From positions 1 to 64,000 of the forward strand of contig JAUGWO010000101.1 of NCBI GenBank assembly GCA_049724395.1: a stretch of DNA of 64,000 bases, in the 5' to 3' direction. This DNA comes from Spongospora subterranea f. sp. subterranea (taxonomy: Eukaryota). Of this stretch, positions 1 through 11,100 are shown piece after piece. The notes beneath the pieces are model-generated. The model did no database searches and had not been told where the DNA came from. It saw only the letters and a list, made by a program, of their open reading frames with translations. The first letter of the stretch is position 1, and each line of letters opens with the position of its first letter. The position numbers were made by a program, and so were the translations under genes.

Positions 1-3000
1 AGCTAGTATGTCTTCCAGATTGGTGGGGGATGATTTGGACGATAATTGGACACCTGGTTGCTGAGGAGTTGGAGCAGGATTACAATCAACCATATTGAAC
101 TTCATCAAAAGTTGCTGAACATATTCTTCTTGATCCAATGTTATTATGCCAGTCTTCTCGTGCCGGTGAATCCGTAAGCCGAGCAGCCTAGTCGGAACTC
201 CAAGGTCAGTAACTTCGAATCTTGACGACAGTAGACTGATAATTTCTTGGCAGAGGCTTGAATCATTATGAATAAATAGAATGTCATCGACATGGACTCC
301 AATCAGCCAGGAAACTCCCCATACGGCGTGTGAAATAAATACACGGATCAGCCTTAGCACGTTTCAAACCGGCTTCCTTTGTAAAGAAATGATCAAGTTT
401 TGAATTCCAAATCACTCCAGCTTGCTTTAGTCCGTATAATGCTTTGTTTAACCGGCAAACTAGATGCTCTCGGCCTTTTGATGTGAAACATTCGGGCTGC
501 TGCATGAAAATATCTTCCTGCATCTCGCCATTGAGGAAAGCACCGACTATATATCGATTTGCCTGATTTGCAAATTATGTTGAGCAGCGATTGCAAGTAA
601 AAGTCGAATTGAAGTCTGATGTGCGACAGGAGCAAAAGTATCATCATAGTCTATTCCGTGTCTTTGAGAAAATCCTCGAATCACCAAGCGCGCTTTAAAT
701 TTCCTGACAATTCCATCGCCAGAAAGACTTGGTTTCACAGTCAGGACCCATTTGCAAGATATGGCCTTGCGTCCAGCTGGTAAATCTTGTAAATCCCAGG
801 TCTTAAAATCTAACATTTGCTGGTATTCCGCTTGAATTGCGTCATACCAATGACCTGCAAATGGGCTCTTCAAGGCTTCAGTGACCGTGGCTGGTACAGG
901 AACTTGTGCAACTTGAATAGCTGAGAACGCAGGGCGCGGCATTAGTTTGGCTTCTGCTGGAGAGCTAAATCTTGAGGACTCAGTTGCACGTGCTGCACTG
1001 CACTTCCAAAATTCGGTTGGGGGAGCACGGACACGAGAGGAACGTCGTAATGTCTGTTGGAATGCCGAACCATCTTCCTCATGATCAACTTGGTCTACGT
1101 TGGAGAGATCTGCATCGTTACTGCCTTCAGAACCAGAACTTAGAGAATCAACAGAGGGGGTTGCGCTCTGGGGGCTGAGAATGCTCTCGAGGCACAATCC
1201 TCATCTTGCGAGGTAGAGTTCATCGGAGCACTCGGAAAGCTGTGAGGTGCCGGAAGTGGATCCAGATTAAATGTTACTTGCTTGATTGTTGGCTGAGAAC
1301 TCTGACTGGCATTGGGTAATTGTCGTCCGAATCCGAAAGAGAAACTGTTTTCATCAAACTCGACATCACGACTCGTATACTGCTTTTGGTTCAACGGGTC
1401 GACAAGTATATATGCCTTCTGAGAATTTGCGTACCCAATGAATACTGTTTTGTGTGCGCGAAAACTCGGCTTTCTTCGTGTGTGGTCCGGAATGCGTCGA
1501 TATGCAGTGCAGCCGAAGGTTCGCAGGTAGTGCAAATCTGGTTTGTGATGACGAAGAGCTTCATATGGGGTGATTTTATCGTCGAGTGATGAATGTGGGC
1601 GTCGGTTGTAGATGTGAGCGGCAGTAGAAATTGCCCAAGAGAAACACTCAATTGGTAAGCGAGCATGAGCAAGGAGATTCATTGCTATGTCAGTTAGAGT
1701 CCGGTTCAGCCGTTCAGCAAGGCCGTTGGACTCAGAGTCGCCAGCAACTGATGTTCGATGGTGAATTCCTTGTGAAATAAGCCATGCGCCTGATTCATGA
1801 GATAGATACTCGCCACCATTGTCTGTTTGAAGTTGCTTTATCTTACAGTTGAATTGGGAGGAGAATAGTGAGACAAAATCTTTCAATGTTTGGAACTGGT
1901 CAGATTTCTTCTTCAATGGTATTACAAAACAATATCTAGTGCAATGGTCCATGTAAGTCACAAAGTATTCGAATCCGCCATAAGATGCAGATTTGAATGG
2001 GCCATTTAGATCACTGACAATGAGGTCCATTGGTGCTTTAGAAATTGTTGGACTGGCGGTGAATGGGCGTCTCGTCATCTTTCCTAAAACACAGGGTTCA
2101 CAGAAGGAAGGTTGATCTTCTGTAGATAATGTCATCCCGAGGGCATCTTTCTTGATAAGCTTCAACATGTCCTCCATATTTGTGTGTCCTAGACGTGCAT
2201 GCCAAACTTGTGAAGATGCCTTATTCTTTCGACGTGCAAAGAAAGCTCTGGCAGGTGTAGAGGATGTCTTGTGAATGGGATCTAAGCGGTGAGAGATCTT
2301 GTACATGTTGTCAGCATCCTTTGGGATTTCTGCTAGAATGTTGCCAGTTGGAAAACAGAACTGTTCCTCTTTGTATATTATCATCCGATTGCTGGTAATC
2401 AGGAAAATCAGGCCTTCTGAAGCGGCTTGGCCAGGAGAAAATAGGTTCTTTTCCAAGTCTGGGACGTAAAGGACCTTGCTTTTGACATGATCAGAACCTG
2501 AGAATTGTATATTCGCGACTCCAACACCTTGAACAGGGATTGTTGTGTTATCAGCTAGTTCTACCTTCCCATCGATAGGTTCAAAATCAAAAAGCAAGTT
2601 TCTATTGTTAGTCATGTGACTCGAGCTGGCGGTGTCCAAGTGCCAGACGTTTGCATCAGATCCGGATGAGTAATGTGAAGGCGAATGTTGTTTATTGGAC
2701 TTGCGGAGCTCGGGATGTTGCATGAAACATTGTGCATCAGAGTGACTTGAATGCGGGTGAACTTTGCACTTGGGTTTGCGCTGATGAGAAAACGAAGCAA
2801 ACTCAGTCTTGGTTGAGCGTATTTGTGATTCCCGAGTTTGAAGCAGTTCGGTCACTTTAGCAATTGTCATGGTCTGCTGAGAACTTGCACCTTCCGTTGC
2901 ATCAAGGGTGGCGATGATGGAATCAAAATCAGGCGGCAATCCTTCAAGTACTTTGTCGATAATGTCCTGTGAAGATAATACACGACCACATGCCTTCAAA

Positions 3001-3426
3001 TCTTTCGATGCGGTGACGACCTTTGCAATGTATGATGATATTGCTTCAGGGCCCTTTTTCAGTGACCAAAACAAACGCCAGGCTTGAATCCGACTGCCGC
3101 GACCATTACGTTCATATTGTGCGCAGAGCTCCAGAAAAACAGCGCGCGCTGTTGGTAGATCAATAACAGAACTTAGAATGTCATCGGAAAGACATAGACA
3201 AATTATGCTCTTGGCACGTTTCGCCAGTTTATCAGTTTGCGAGTCTTGCAAGCGATCAATGATGCTGTTGCCAGTGTCAATGTCGCGGGAGATATCTTCC
3301 AGAAACAAATTGGTCTAAACCTCGGCAATCGAGAGTCATGAGAAGCTTAGCTTTCCAAAGTTGAAACGAAGCACGCTCGCCATTGAAGATCGGGACGCGC
3401 AGTTGTTCTTGACTTAAGTCGCTCAT
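1..3426 (-). pseudogene. Copia-1 gag-pol polyprotein, frameshifted (ATG ~3426; pieces 3277-3471, 1140-3308, 547-1197, 284-523)
   Basis: Consecutive ORFs in different frames join into one Copia polyprotein with at least four frame breaks. Confidence 0.9.
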
Positions 3427-3465
3427 CGGAGAAGAATGCGGAAGAACTTGAATGATAATGGAAAT

Positions 3466-3633
3466 ATACACCTAAGTGTATGTGGAAAGATACAGCTAAG
3501 TGAATGTAGAAAGATACACTTAAGTGTATGTAGAAAGATACACCTAAGTGTATGTGAAAAGATACACCTAAGTATAGGTAGAAAGATACACCTAAGTGTA
3601 TGTGGAAAGATACACCTAAGTGTATGTGAAAAC
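3466..3633. repeat. 24-bp tandem array (ATACACCTAAGTGTATGTGGAAAG), ~7 units, Copia-1 leader, left half
   Basis: Directly visible; each unit contains the palindrome TACAC-N4-GTGTA. Confidence 0.95.
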
Positions 3634-4168
3634 TGTTGAAGTTCAAACCACGTCGCCAACCTGTCGTACTGGCCCATTGGCTGTACTGGCCCAAACTGGT
3701 CGTATTGGCCCACTGTCACGTACATCCGATATTGATGAAGACTCGACGCGGCCTCTTAATGAGCGGCCTCCTGAGGAGCAACCCTGTAGCGCAGCCTCTG
3801 TCGTGTGACGGATTTTGGCGCGCGATTAGCGCGCCTTTTTCCCGACAGAGAAATCGCGCGCCCTTTTCCGACTGAGACAATAATATCTAGCTCTGTATAT
3901 CAGAGCCCCTCGTTTTCTAATAAACTCATTCTTCTATTTGCTTCTTCCAATCAACATCGTTCCCGCTCCCTCTCTCCCTCGCGTTCCCGCTCCCTCTCTC
4001 TCGCGTTCCCGCTCCTCTCTCTCTCGCGTTCCCGCTCCCTCTCTCTCTCGCGTTCCCGCTCCCTCTCTCTCTCGCGTTCCCGCTCCTCTCTCTCTCGCGT
4101 TCCCGCTCCCTCTCTCTCTCGCGTTCCCGCTCCCTCCCTCGCTCGCCTGATCTCTCCTCTCTCTAGAA
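3634..4168 (+). repeat. Copia-2 5' LTR (323-bp unique part plus CT-rich ~24-bp repeat tail)
   Basis: Starts TGTTGA, AATAAA near 3919, matches 6796-7426, ends CTCTAGAA immediately before the PBS. Confidence 0.88.
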
Positions 4169-4185
4169 GATTAAGAGTCCCAGCT
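4169..4185 (+). promoter_or_regulatory. Primer-binding site complementary to the anticodon arm of tRNA-Lys(CUU)
   Basis: GATTAAGAGTCCCAGCT. Its reverse complement AGC-TGGGA-CTCTTAA-TC is an anticodon stem, a CTT loop and 2 nt of the 3' stem. Confidence 0.8.
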
Positions 4186-4219
4186 CTGTTAGCTGCATAG
4201 TACCTCAAGTGTGCTATTC

Positions 4220-4412
4220 TATATACACTTAGGTGTACATTTGTATATACACTTAGGTGTACATTTGTATATACACTTAGGTGTACATTTGTATATACAC
4301 TTAGGTGTACATTTGTATATACACTTAGGTGTACATTTGTATATACACTTAGGTGTACATTTGTATATACACTTAGGTGTACATTTGTATATACATTTAG
4401 GTGTACATTGTA
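4220..4412. repeat. 24-bp tandem array (TATATACACTTAGGTGTACATTTG) x8, Copia-2 leader
   Basis: Directly visible between the PBS and gag ATG; same TACAC-N4-GTGTA core. Confidence 0.95.
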
Positions 4413-4424
4413 TATACATCCATC

Positions 4425-6608
4425 ATGATGTCCACGGTCTATAACATCCATAAGCTCGAAGGATCCGACGATTTCCCTATCTGGAAGCGTCGTATGATGG
4501 CCATATTACAGGACAAGGATTATGATATATCAATCTCCTATAATCCAGCAACATTTGACCCTGTCGAACCGCGAACTGACACGACGTCGAGCCGTACCGA
4601 TACGAAAACCCGGGGTGTGATCGAACTGAACGTGGGTGACTCGGTACTCCGTCATTTACTCTCTGAAACCTCTGCTCACGCGTATTGGGTCAAACTCCAT
4701 AACATCTACCAGCGCAAATCACTCTCTTCAGTTGTCGTCAAGTTGCGCCAATGGGTTACCTGCATGCAAGACGGGCAACCAGTGCAAGAATTTATAGGCC
4801 GAGTCGAATCTCGAGCCCGAGACCTCCAAGGTGCAGGCATCGAGATACCAGAAAAATTAATTTCAGCACTCGTTGTTTGCAACCTCGATAGCCGTTTCCA
4901 CTCAGTTGCTACTGCCTTAGACTGCCAGGACTTTGATCATATTTCACTAGTCACGATCACCTCCCTGCTGCTAAACGAAGAAGCTCGTCAAGGCCAAGAT
5001 ATTGCCTCTACACAAGCAAACATTGCTGGCAAGAAGCGTCGATGCAAAGTTCACCCACACCTTGGCCATACGGATGACCAATGTTATGCACAACACCCTG
5101 AGCTTCGCCCTAGCAGCTGGCAGCCGAGACATAATAAACAGGGACAAGTTCAAAACTACCATTATGCCTCTCAAGCTTCATTTATCAAGTCCAGGGCCTG
5201 GCATGTAGATACTGGCTGTTCCAACCACATGACATTTGACCGTCAGATCTTATCGCAATTCCGAAGCGCAAGTCTGAACCCAGAAATTCAACTGGGTGAC
5301 AACACTTCCATCCCTTCAGTTGGATCTGGTAACTGCAATTTGCGCGTACAGGGAAGGTCAATTCCACTTGAGAATGTTTTGGCGGTTCCGGACCTCGGGA
5401 AAAACCTCTTTTCTCCCGGCCAAGCAGCAGAATCAGGGATGAAGTTTTTGATCGATGGCGAACACATGACTATCTTCCACTCTCATGATTTCACCGCTCC
5501 CGTTGGAAACATACTTGCAAGGATTCGAAAAGATAAGGACAACCTGTACAGACTGGATTCAAATTCTATCCGATCATCAGACCATGCGGCGACTTTTGCG
5601 GTCCGACATGACGTTGCCCTTCCCCTGTCACTATGGCACGCAAGGTTAGGCCATACCAGCAACAAGGAAATATCGAATTTGAGTAAGGATGCGCGCTACG
5701 GAATTCGACTAGAACCTTCTCCCAAGCAATTACACTTTTGTGAACCATGCGTGATGGGGAAAATGTCAAAAGGACCGTTCTTGAATACCACACACCATCA
5801 AATCACTCCGGGTGAACTCATCGTAAGCGACCTCATGGGCCCATTTTCTTCCCCTGGCATAGACGGTTCCAAGTACTTTGTCACATACATTGATGCTTAC
5901 AGCCGATTCTGCACAATTGCCTGTTTGAGAAACAAATCTGAGCAGTTCGAGCACCTCAAGAAGTTCATTCGACATTTCAACAACCTTCACAGCACAACTA
6001 TCCGCAATTTTCAATCAGACAACGGAGGCGAATACATGTCGAAAGAGTGTCGTGATTGGCTAGACCTTCAAGGCATTCATCACCGAAGGACAGTCCCGGG
6101 AAACTCACAATCGAATGGCATGGCTGAAAGGCTTAATCGAACATTGACTGATATTGCCCTTTGTCTACTATCACATTCGAAGTTGCCCCAGCAATGTTTT
6201 GCTTGGGCTGTACAAGTAGCTGTTCATATATACAATCGACGACCCCACTCGACGTTACCAGACCGAGTTACTCCGTATGAAGTCTTGTTCAAACAGGTTC
6301 CGAATCTTAACTACCTTAGAACATTCGGTTGTGTCGCCTACAGATTGCTTCAGTCCAACGAACGGAAAAAGATACAGCCTCGAGCACAGAAACTAATTCA
6401 CATTGGCTACACACAGAATCAAAAGGCTTATTTGCTGTACGATCCCATATCCCAAAAAGAATATTCCAGTCGAGATGTCGAGTTCGACGAATACTCCTTT
6501 GATTACGGATTTCAAAGAGAAAGTTCAGATTCCAGAAATACCATCTCCCCCTGTTTTGAAAGCTGCTTCCGCTCTGAGATGGAACCCCATGTTCAAAATT
6601 TCGAATGA
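4425..6608 (+). CDS. Copia-2 Gag-protease-integrase polyprotein (no RT/RNase H)
   Basis: Gag N-terminus KLEGSDDFPIWKRRM, knuckle CKVHPHLGHTDDQC, WHVDTGCSNHM, WHARLGH...CEPC, FQSDNGGEY, SNGMAERLNRTL. Confidence 0.92.
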   Translation: MMSTVYNIHKLEGSDDFPIWKRRMMAILQDKDYDISISYNPATFDPVEPRTDTTSSRTDTKTRGVIELNVGDSVLRHLLSETSAHAYWVKLHNIYQRKSLSSVVVKLRQWVTCMQDGQPVQEFIGRVESRARDLQGAGIEIPEKLISALVVCNLDSRFHSVATALDCQDFDHISLVTITSLLLNEEARQGQDIASTQANIAGKKRRCKVHPHLGHTDDQCYAQHPELRPSSWQPRHNKQGQVQNYHYASQASFIKSRAWHVDTGCSNHMTFDRQILSQFRSASLNPEIQLGDNTSIPSVGSGNCNLRVQGRSIPLENVLAVPDLGKNLFSPGQAAESGMKFLIDGEHMTIFHSHDFTAPVGNILARIRKDKDNLYRLDSNSIRSSDHAATFAVRHDVALPLSLWHARLGHTSNKEISNLSKDARYGIRLEPSPKQLHFCEPCVMGKMSKGPFLNTTHHQITPGELIVSDLMGPFSSPGIDGSKYFVTYIDAYSRFCTIACLRNKSEQFEHLKKFIRHFNNLHSTTIRNFQSDNGGEYMSKECRDWLDLQGIHHRRTVPGNSQSNGMAERLNRTLTDIALCLLSHSKLPQQCFAWAVQVAVHIYNRRPHSTLPDRVTPYEVLFKQVPNLNYLRTFGCVAYRLLQSNERKKIQPRAQKLIHIGYTQNQKAYLLYDPISQKEYSSRDVEFDEYSFDYGFQRESSDSRNTISPCFESCFRSEMEPHVQNFE

Positions 6609-6795
6609 AAACAATGCAGCTGATTCCATCATATCCGAAGATGTCAGCAATAATGACAATGAATTGGATCCTGTCCAGCCTGAAGACACAGACAGCACAT
6701 CGGACGCATCATTACCTTATTCGCCTGACAACAATAATGATTTAGACCCCGAACCGGCAGTAGTCGTTCGTCGCAGTCCTAGAGAATCGGGGGCG

Positions 6796-7426
6796 TGTTG
6801 AAGTTCAAACCACGTCGCCAACCTGTCGTACTGGCCCATTGGCTGTACTGGCCCAAACTGGTCGTATTGGCCCACTGTCACGTACATCCGATATTGATGA
6901 AGACTCGACGCGGCCTCTTAATGAGCGGCCTCCTGAGGAGCAACCCTGTAGCGCAGCCTCTGTCGTGTGACGGATTTTGGCGCGCGATTAGCGCGCCTTT
7001 TTCCCGACAGAGAAATCGCGCGCCCTTTTCCGACTGAGACAATAATATCTAGCTCTGTATATCAGAGCCCCTCGTTTTCTAATAAACTCATTCTTCTATT
7101 TGCTTCTTCCAATCAACATCGTTCCCGCTCCCTCTCTCCCTCGCGTTCCCGCTCCCTCTCTCTCGCGTTCCCGCTCCCTCTCTCTCGCGTTCCCGCTCCC
7201 TCTCTCTCTCGCGTTCCCGCTCCCTCTCTCTCTCGCGTTCCCGCTCCCTCTCTCTCTCGCGTTCCCGCTCCCTCTCTCTCTCGCGTTCCCGCTCCCTCTC
7301 TCTCTCGCGTTCCCGCTCCCTCTCTCTCTCGCGTTCCCGCTCCCTCTCTCTCTCGCGTTCCCGCTCCCTCTCTCTCTCGCGTTCCCGCTCCCTCCCTCGC
7401 TCGCCTGATCTCTCCTCTCTCTAGAA
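6796..7426 (+). repeat. Copia-2 3' LTR (longer CT-rich repeat tail)
   Basis: The unique part looks identical to 3634-3956 by eye; the repeat tail is ~96 bp longer than in the 5' LTR. Confidence 0.88.
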
Positions 7427-7431
7427 AAAAC

Positions 7432-7658
7432 GTACACCTATGTGTATGTGGAAAGATACACCTAAGTGTATGTGGAAAGATACACCTAGTGTATGTGGAA
7501 AGATACACCTAAGTGTATGTGAAAAGATACACCAATGTGTATGTGGAAAGATACACCTGAATGTATGTGGAAAGATACACCTATGTGTATGTGGAAAGAT
7601 ACACCCAAGTGTATGTGGAAAGATACACCTAAGTGTATGTGGAAAGATACACCTATGT
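7432..7658. repeat. Copia-1 leader 24-bp array, right half (~9 units)
   Basis: Same unit and orientation as 3466-3633; resumes in register after the AAAAC TSD. Confidence 0.93.
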
Positions 7659-7887
7659 TGTTGAATACAACTTGCCAGCCTCCAGTACGGACATTCTCCA
7701 AGAAAGGTGCGTACCCCCAGTCGGCGCAACCACGGCAAATGCATAACATAAGAGTGACTGTGCGGACTTTGTATTTGGATTATTAGTGCACTCCCCCCTA
7801 TATTCTCCCACCTATACATGCTATAACCACGCAGTAATAAACCTCATTCTACTATTACCTTCACATCGGAGACATCGATTTCCTTTA

Positions 7888-7904
7888 GATTAACAGTCGA
7901 ATTG
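7888..7904 (+). promoter_or_regulatory. Primer-binding site complementary to the anticodon arm of tRNA-Asn(GUU)
   Basis: GATTAACAGTCGAATTG. Its reverse complement contains TTCGA-CTGTTAA-TC. Confidence 0.78.
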
Positions 7905-7926
7905 CCACCTCATCAGGCCCCTACGT

Positions 7927-8082
7927 ATACACTTCAGTGTATCTTCTCACCACTGCACACATACACCTCAGTGTATATTTCTACCAGCTTGTACATACAC
8001 CTTAGTGTATCTTTTTTCACCACTGCATACATACACCTCAGTGTATATTTTCTACCAGTTCATACGTACACTTTAGTGTATA
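7927..8082. repeat. Copia-3 leader array: five TACAC-N4-GTGTA palindromes at ~33-35 bp spacing
   Basis: TACACTTCAGTGTA, TACACCTCAGTGTA, TACACCTTAGTGTA, TACACCTCAGTGTA and TACACTTTAGTGTA with alternating linkers. Confidence 0.9.
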
Positions 8083-8139
8083 TTTCTCGTTATTCCCACA
8101 CTTTCTCTTCTCCGCACCTCTACTTCAACTTCAGTTGCG

Positions 8140-11100
8140 ATGAAAGAAATTTTTCAGACGATTCAAAAGTTCTCCGGCAAAGACACCGATGACCTGTTAC
8201 TATGGCAACAAAAGGTAGTGATGTATCTATCGACAAAGGATCTGGAATTATGCGTTGAGAAAGACCCTGATGCTAACGCGACTCCGGACCAACTACGCAA
8301 AGACAAGAAAGCTAAGTCCATTTTATGCAGCTGCATTGATGACGTGATTGTCGGCGCAATAATGAAGGAAACAACGGCACACAAGGCGTGGGCGCTTCTT
8401 GAAAGCCTTTACCGCAAGAAATCACGATCCACCAGAACCAGACTCATCGCCGAGTTTTGGAACTGCACAAAGAATGACGCCCCGATGGCCACTTACATTG
8501 CCACCCTTCAAGTTTTACAGTCAAAGCTCCGCGCTATCGGAAAGGATATGACAGATGAAGACATGACTGATCGCCTACTATCAGGCCTCCCATCTTGTTT
8601 TGACGCATTCACCGTCACGTTGGATACACTCAGCGAAGTCAAGTTTGCCGCTACTGCCGCGTCGCTCATCAATTTTGAAGCCCAACTCGAGCACAGGTCT
8701 CGTGAAGTGTCGGCAGTTTCCATCCTGCCTCGAGCATGCGCTACCTCAGTCAAACGGCATTCTCGCTGCAGCTATCACAACTCCAACTCGCATGACAATG
8801 CCCACTGCTGGGCACAACATCCCGAGCTACGTCCGAAACATTTATTCACTAAACAGTCTGCCTCAGTCTATCCCCTCCAACGATCAAAAGTAGCTCCACT
8901 CTCCCAACAATCAGCTCATGAACACAGTGACGAATGGCTTCTTGACTGTTGCTGCTCAATGCACATGTGTCCCGAATCCTCTACCTTGCAGGAAGTTCTG
9001 CCCGATTCCGATCCCGTGACAGTTACTATGGCAAATAATGAGAGTCTTTGCTCAACTGCAACCGGCAGCAGCAAAATAGGCACTGGAAATACCATCATCG
9101 ATATTTCACCGGTATTACACATACCCGGTCTTTCCAATAATCTTCTCTCCATTGGACAAGCAACTTCGGACGGACTATCGTTTTTGTTCAAGGGAGACTA
9201 CTGCAAAATATTCAACATCGACGGTAAACTTGTCGGCAAAGTTAAGAAGGATGCCAACAACTTGTACCCGTTCCCTGATCATCGTAACATACCTCATCTA
9301 CCGTTCGTTGCCTCATCTATTGCGACAAGCGTTAATCTGCATCCAACTTTGGCACAACCGCCTCGGCCACATCAACAATGCCGATCTCGACGTAATCCTA
9401 CAAGGCATCAATGGCGGTGAAAAGATCATACCCAATCAACGTTCGGAGCTCTGCAATGGCTGTTTGATGGGGAAGATGCCAAGAGGCAAGATAGCGCGTT
9501 TTTCCAATAACTCCACCAGCTCACCCCTCGAAATCGTTCACAGCGATATTTCCGGACCTTTTCCAGTTGATGGCATCCATTCTAGATCAAGATACTACAT
9601 CACATTCCTAGATCAGCACACAAGGTATACCGTCGTTTATCTACTTCGAAGGAAATCCGAGGCTTTTCTAGCAATCAAAACGTTCATCAGAATGGTCAAT
9701 ACTCTTTTCTTGGACAAGGGCTTCTCAGTAAAATACTTTCAAAGCGACAATGGCGGCGAATATACTTCCAACGACTGTCAGGCGCTGTTTCAAGAACTGG
9801 GCATTGTACATAGAAAAATTGTTCCGTATCAATCAGAGCAAAATGGGATGATCGAAAGACTGAATCGCACAATCATGGACTGCGCAGAGAGCATACGATT
9901 CGGTGCAAACTTAAAGCAAAACTTCTGGACAGCCTCTGTTTGTACAGCCGTTTATCTCCTCAATCGCAGGCCCCACAGTCACCTATCGGAACACATGTCT
10001 CCATTCGAAGCCTGGCACAATAAGAAACCAGACCTAATGCACCTGCGAACGTTCGGTTGCGAAGCGTACATCCACCTTCCAAACCAGCTGCATCGCAAGC
10101 TACAACCAAGAAGCTCAATGGTAACATTTATCGGGTACGCCATGGAACAGAAATGTTATCTCTTTTATTGCAGCTCTACCAACAAAATTACTGCCACTCG
10201 GTTCACTGACGCTGTCTTCGACGAGAACTCTTTCACACGGGAAACCTTGGACCAGATTGATGACAACACTATCCAATTACACCTTGGCGACATTTTTTCA
10301 GACAATCCTCCCCAGGTCCCACCAAACAACGATGATCCCGCTCCTGACGACGGTGACCTCATTCCTTCAACAGACGATTCCGCCCCAGAGGACAGTGACC
10401 GCATTCTTTCATCACACCTCGAATCCTCATCCCTGAGTACACCCAGCGAAAGTTCGAGTTCATCTTGTCACCAATCAAATGCAAGCGAATCCGATGAGCC
10501 AGCTGTAGCTCAACCTGATATCCAGAATGCTCGAGGAGCAAGAACACGCCGTGCTCCGGGGGAATGGTGGAAGGCACCTGCAGCCATGCTGGTGCAACAG
10601 CGAAACAATCACACTCTGCGAGCCACTCAGGTCACGATCCCGAAGTCGATCAGCGAAGCATTGGATTCAGAGAACGAGTTTTGCAAGGAATGGGCAGCAG
10701 CCACAAAAGCGGAATTTGACAGCTTACAACACAACAAAACCTGGGAACTTGTCAGACTTCCTAGCGGACGCAACGCTATTCAAAACAAATGGGTATTCAA
10801 GGTCAAATCAGACGATAAGGGACTCGTAAACAAATTCAAGGCTAGACTAGTTGTTAAAGGCTACTCACAGCGACCAGGAATCGATTTCGACGAGACATTC
10901 TCTCCAGTGGCGCATCTCGCCTCAGTCCGATTGGTATTTGCACTTGCTGCATCATTGAAACTGAAATTGAGACAGCTAGACGTCGTCGGAGCATTTCTTG
11001 CAAGCAGAACTTCACGAAGAAATATACATGGTTCAACCCAAAGGCTATATTTCTCATGATCCAAGCCTGGTGTGCCGCCTGAAGAAAAGTCTCTACGGTC

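Larger units (their letters stand above)
1..3633 (-). mobile_element. Ty1/Copia element 'Copia-1', internal region (runs off the left edge; leader array continues at 7432-7658; 5' LTR not present)
   Basis: Minus-strand Gag-PR-INT-RT order. Protease WHLDTASSSHM, integrase LQTDNGGEY / SNGLAERLNRTL, RT KARLVIRGFSQ, ALYGLKQAG and HVDD. Confidence 0.95.
3634..7426 (+). mobile_element. Ty1/Copia element 'Copia-2', lacking RT/RNase H, with both LTRs and 5-bp TSD AAAAC
   Basis: Direct terminal repeats 3634-4168 and 6796-7426. AAAAC at 3629-3633 and 7427-7431. PBS at 4169. PPT-like GGGGGCG before 6796. Gag-PR-INT ORF. Confidence 0.93.

Noticed and set aside
3951..3956. TCAACA as the Copia-2 LTR end
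   Set aside because: Both copies continue with the same repeat, and the PBS and AAAAC TSD only fit an end at 4168/7426.
3805..4451. RS/RE-rich and YIHLGVHL repeat ORFs (also 6967-7819)
   Set aside because: Translations of LTR and leader tandem repeats.
3466..8082. Palindromic leader arrays as CRISPR arrays
   Set aside because: Linkers are short and repeated, not unique spacers. There are no cas genes, and the context is a eukaryotic retrotransposon leader.
9150..11060. Programmed ribosomal frameshifting in Copia pol
   Set aside because: Breaks fall at different positions in Copia-1, -2 and -3 and inside domains; mutation or sequencing indels are more likely.
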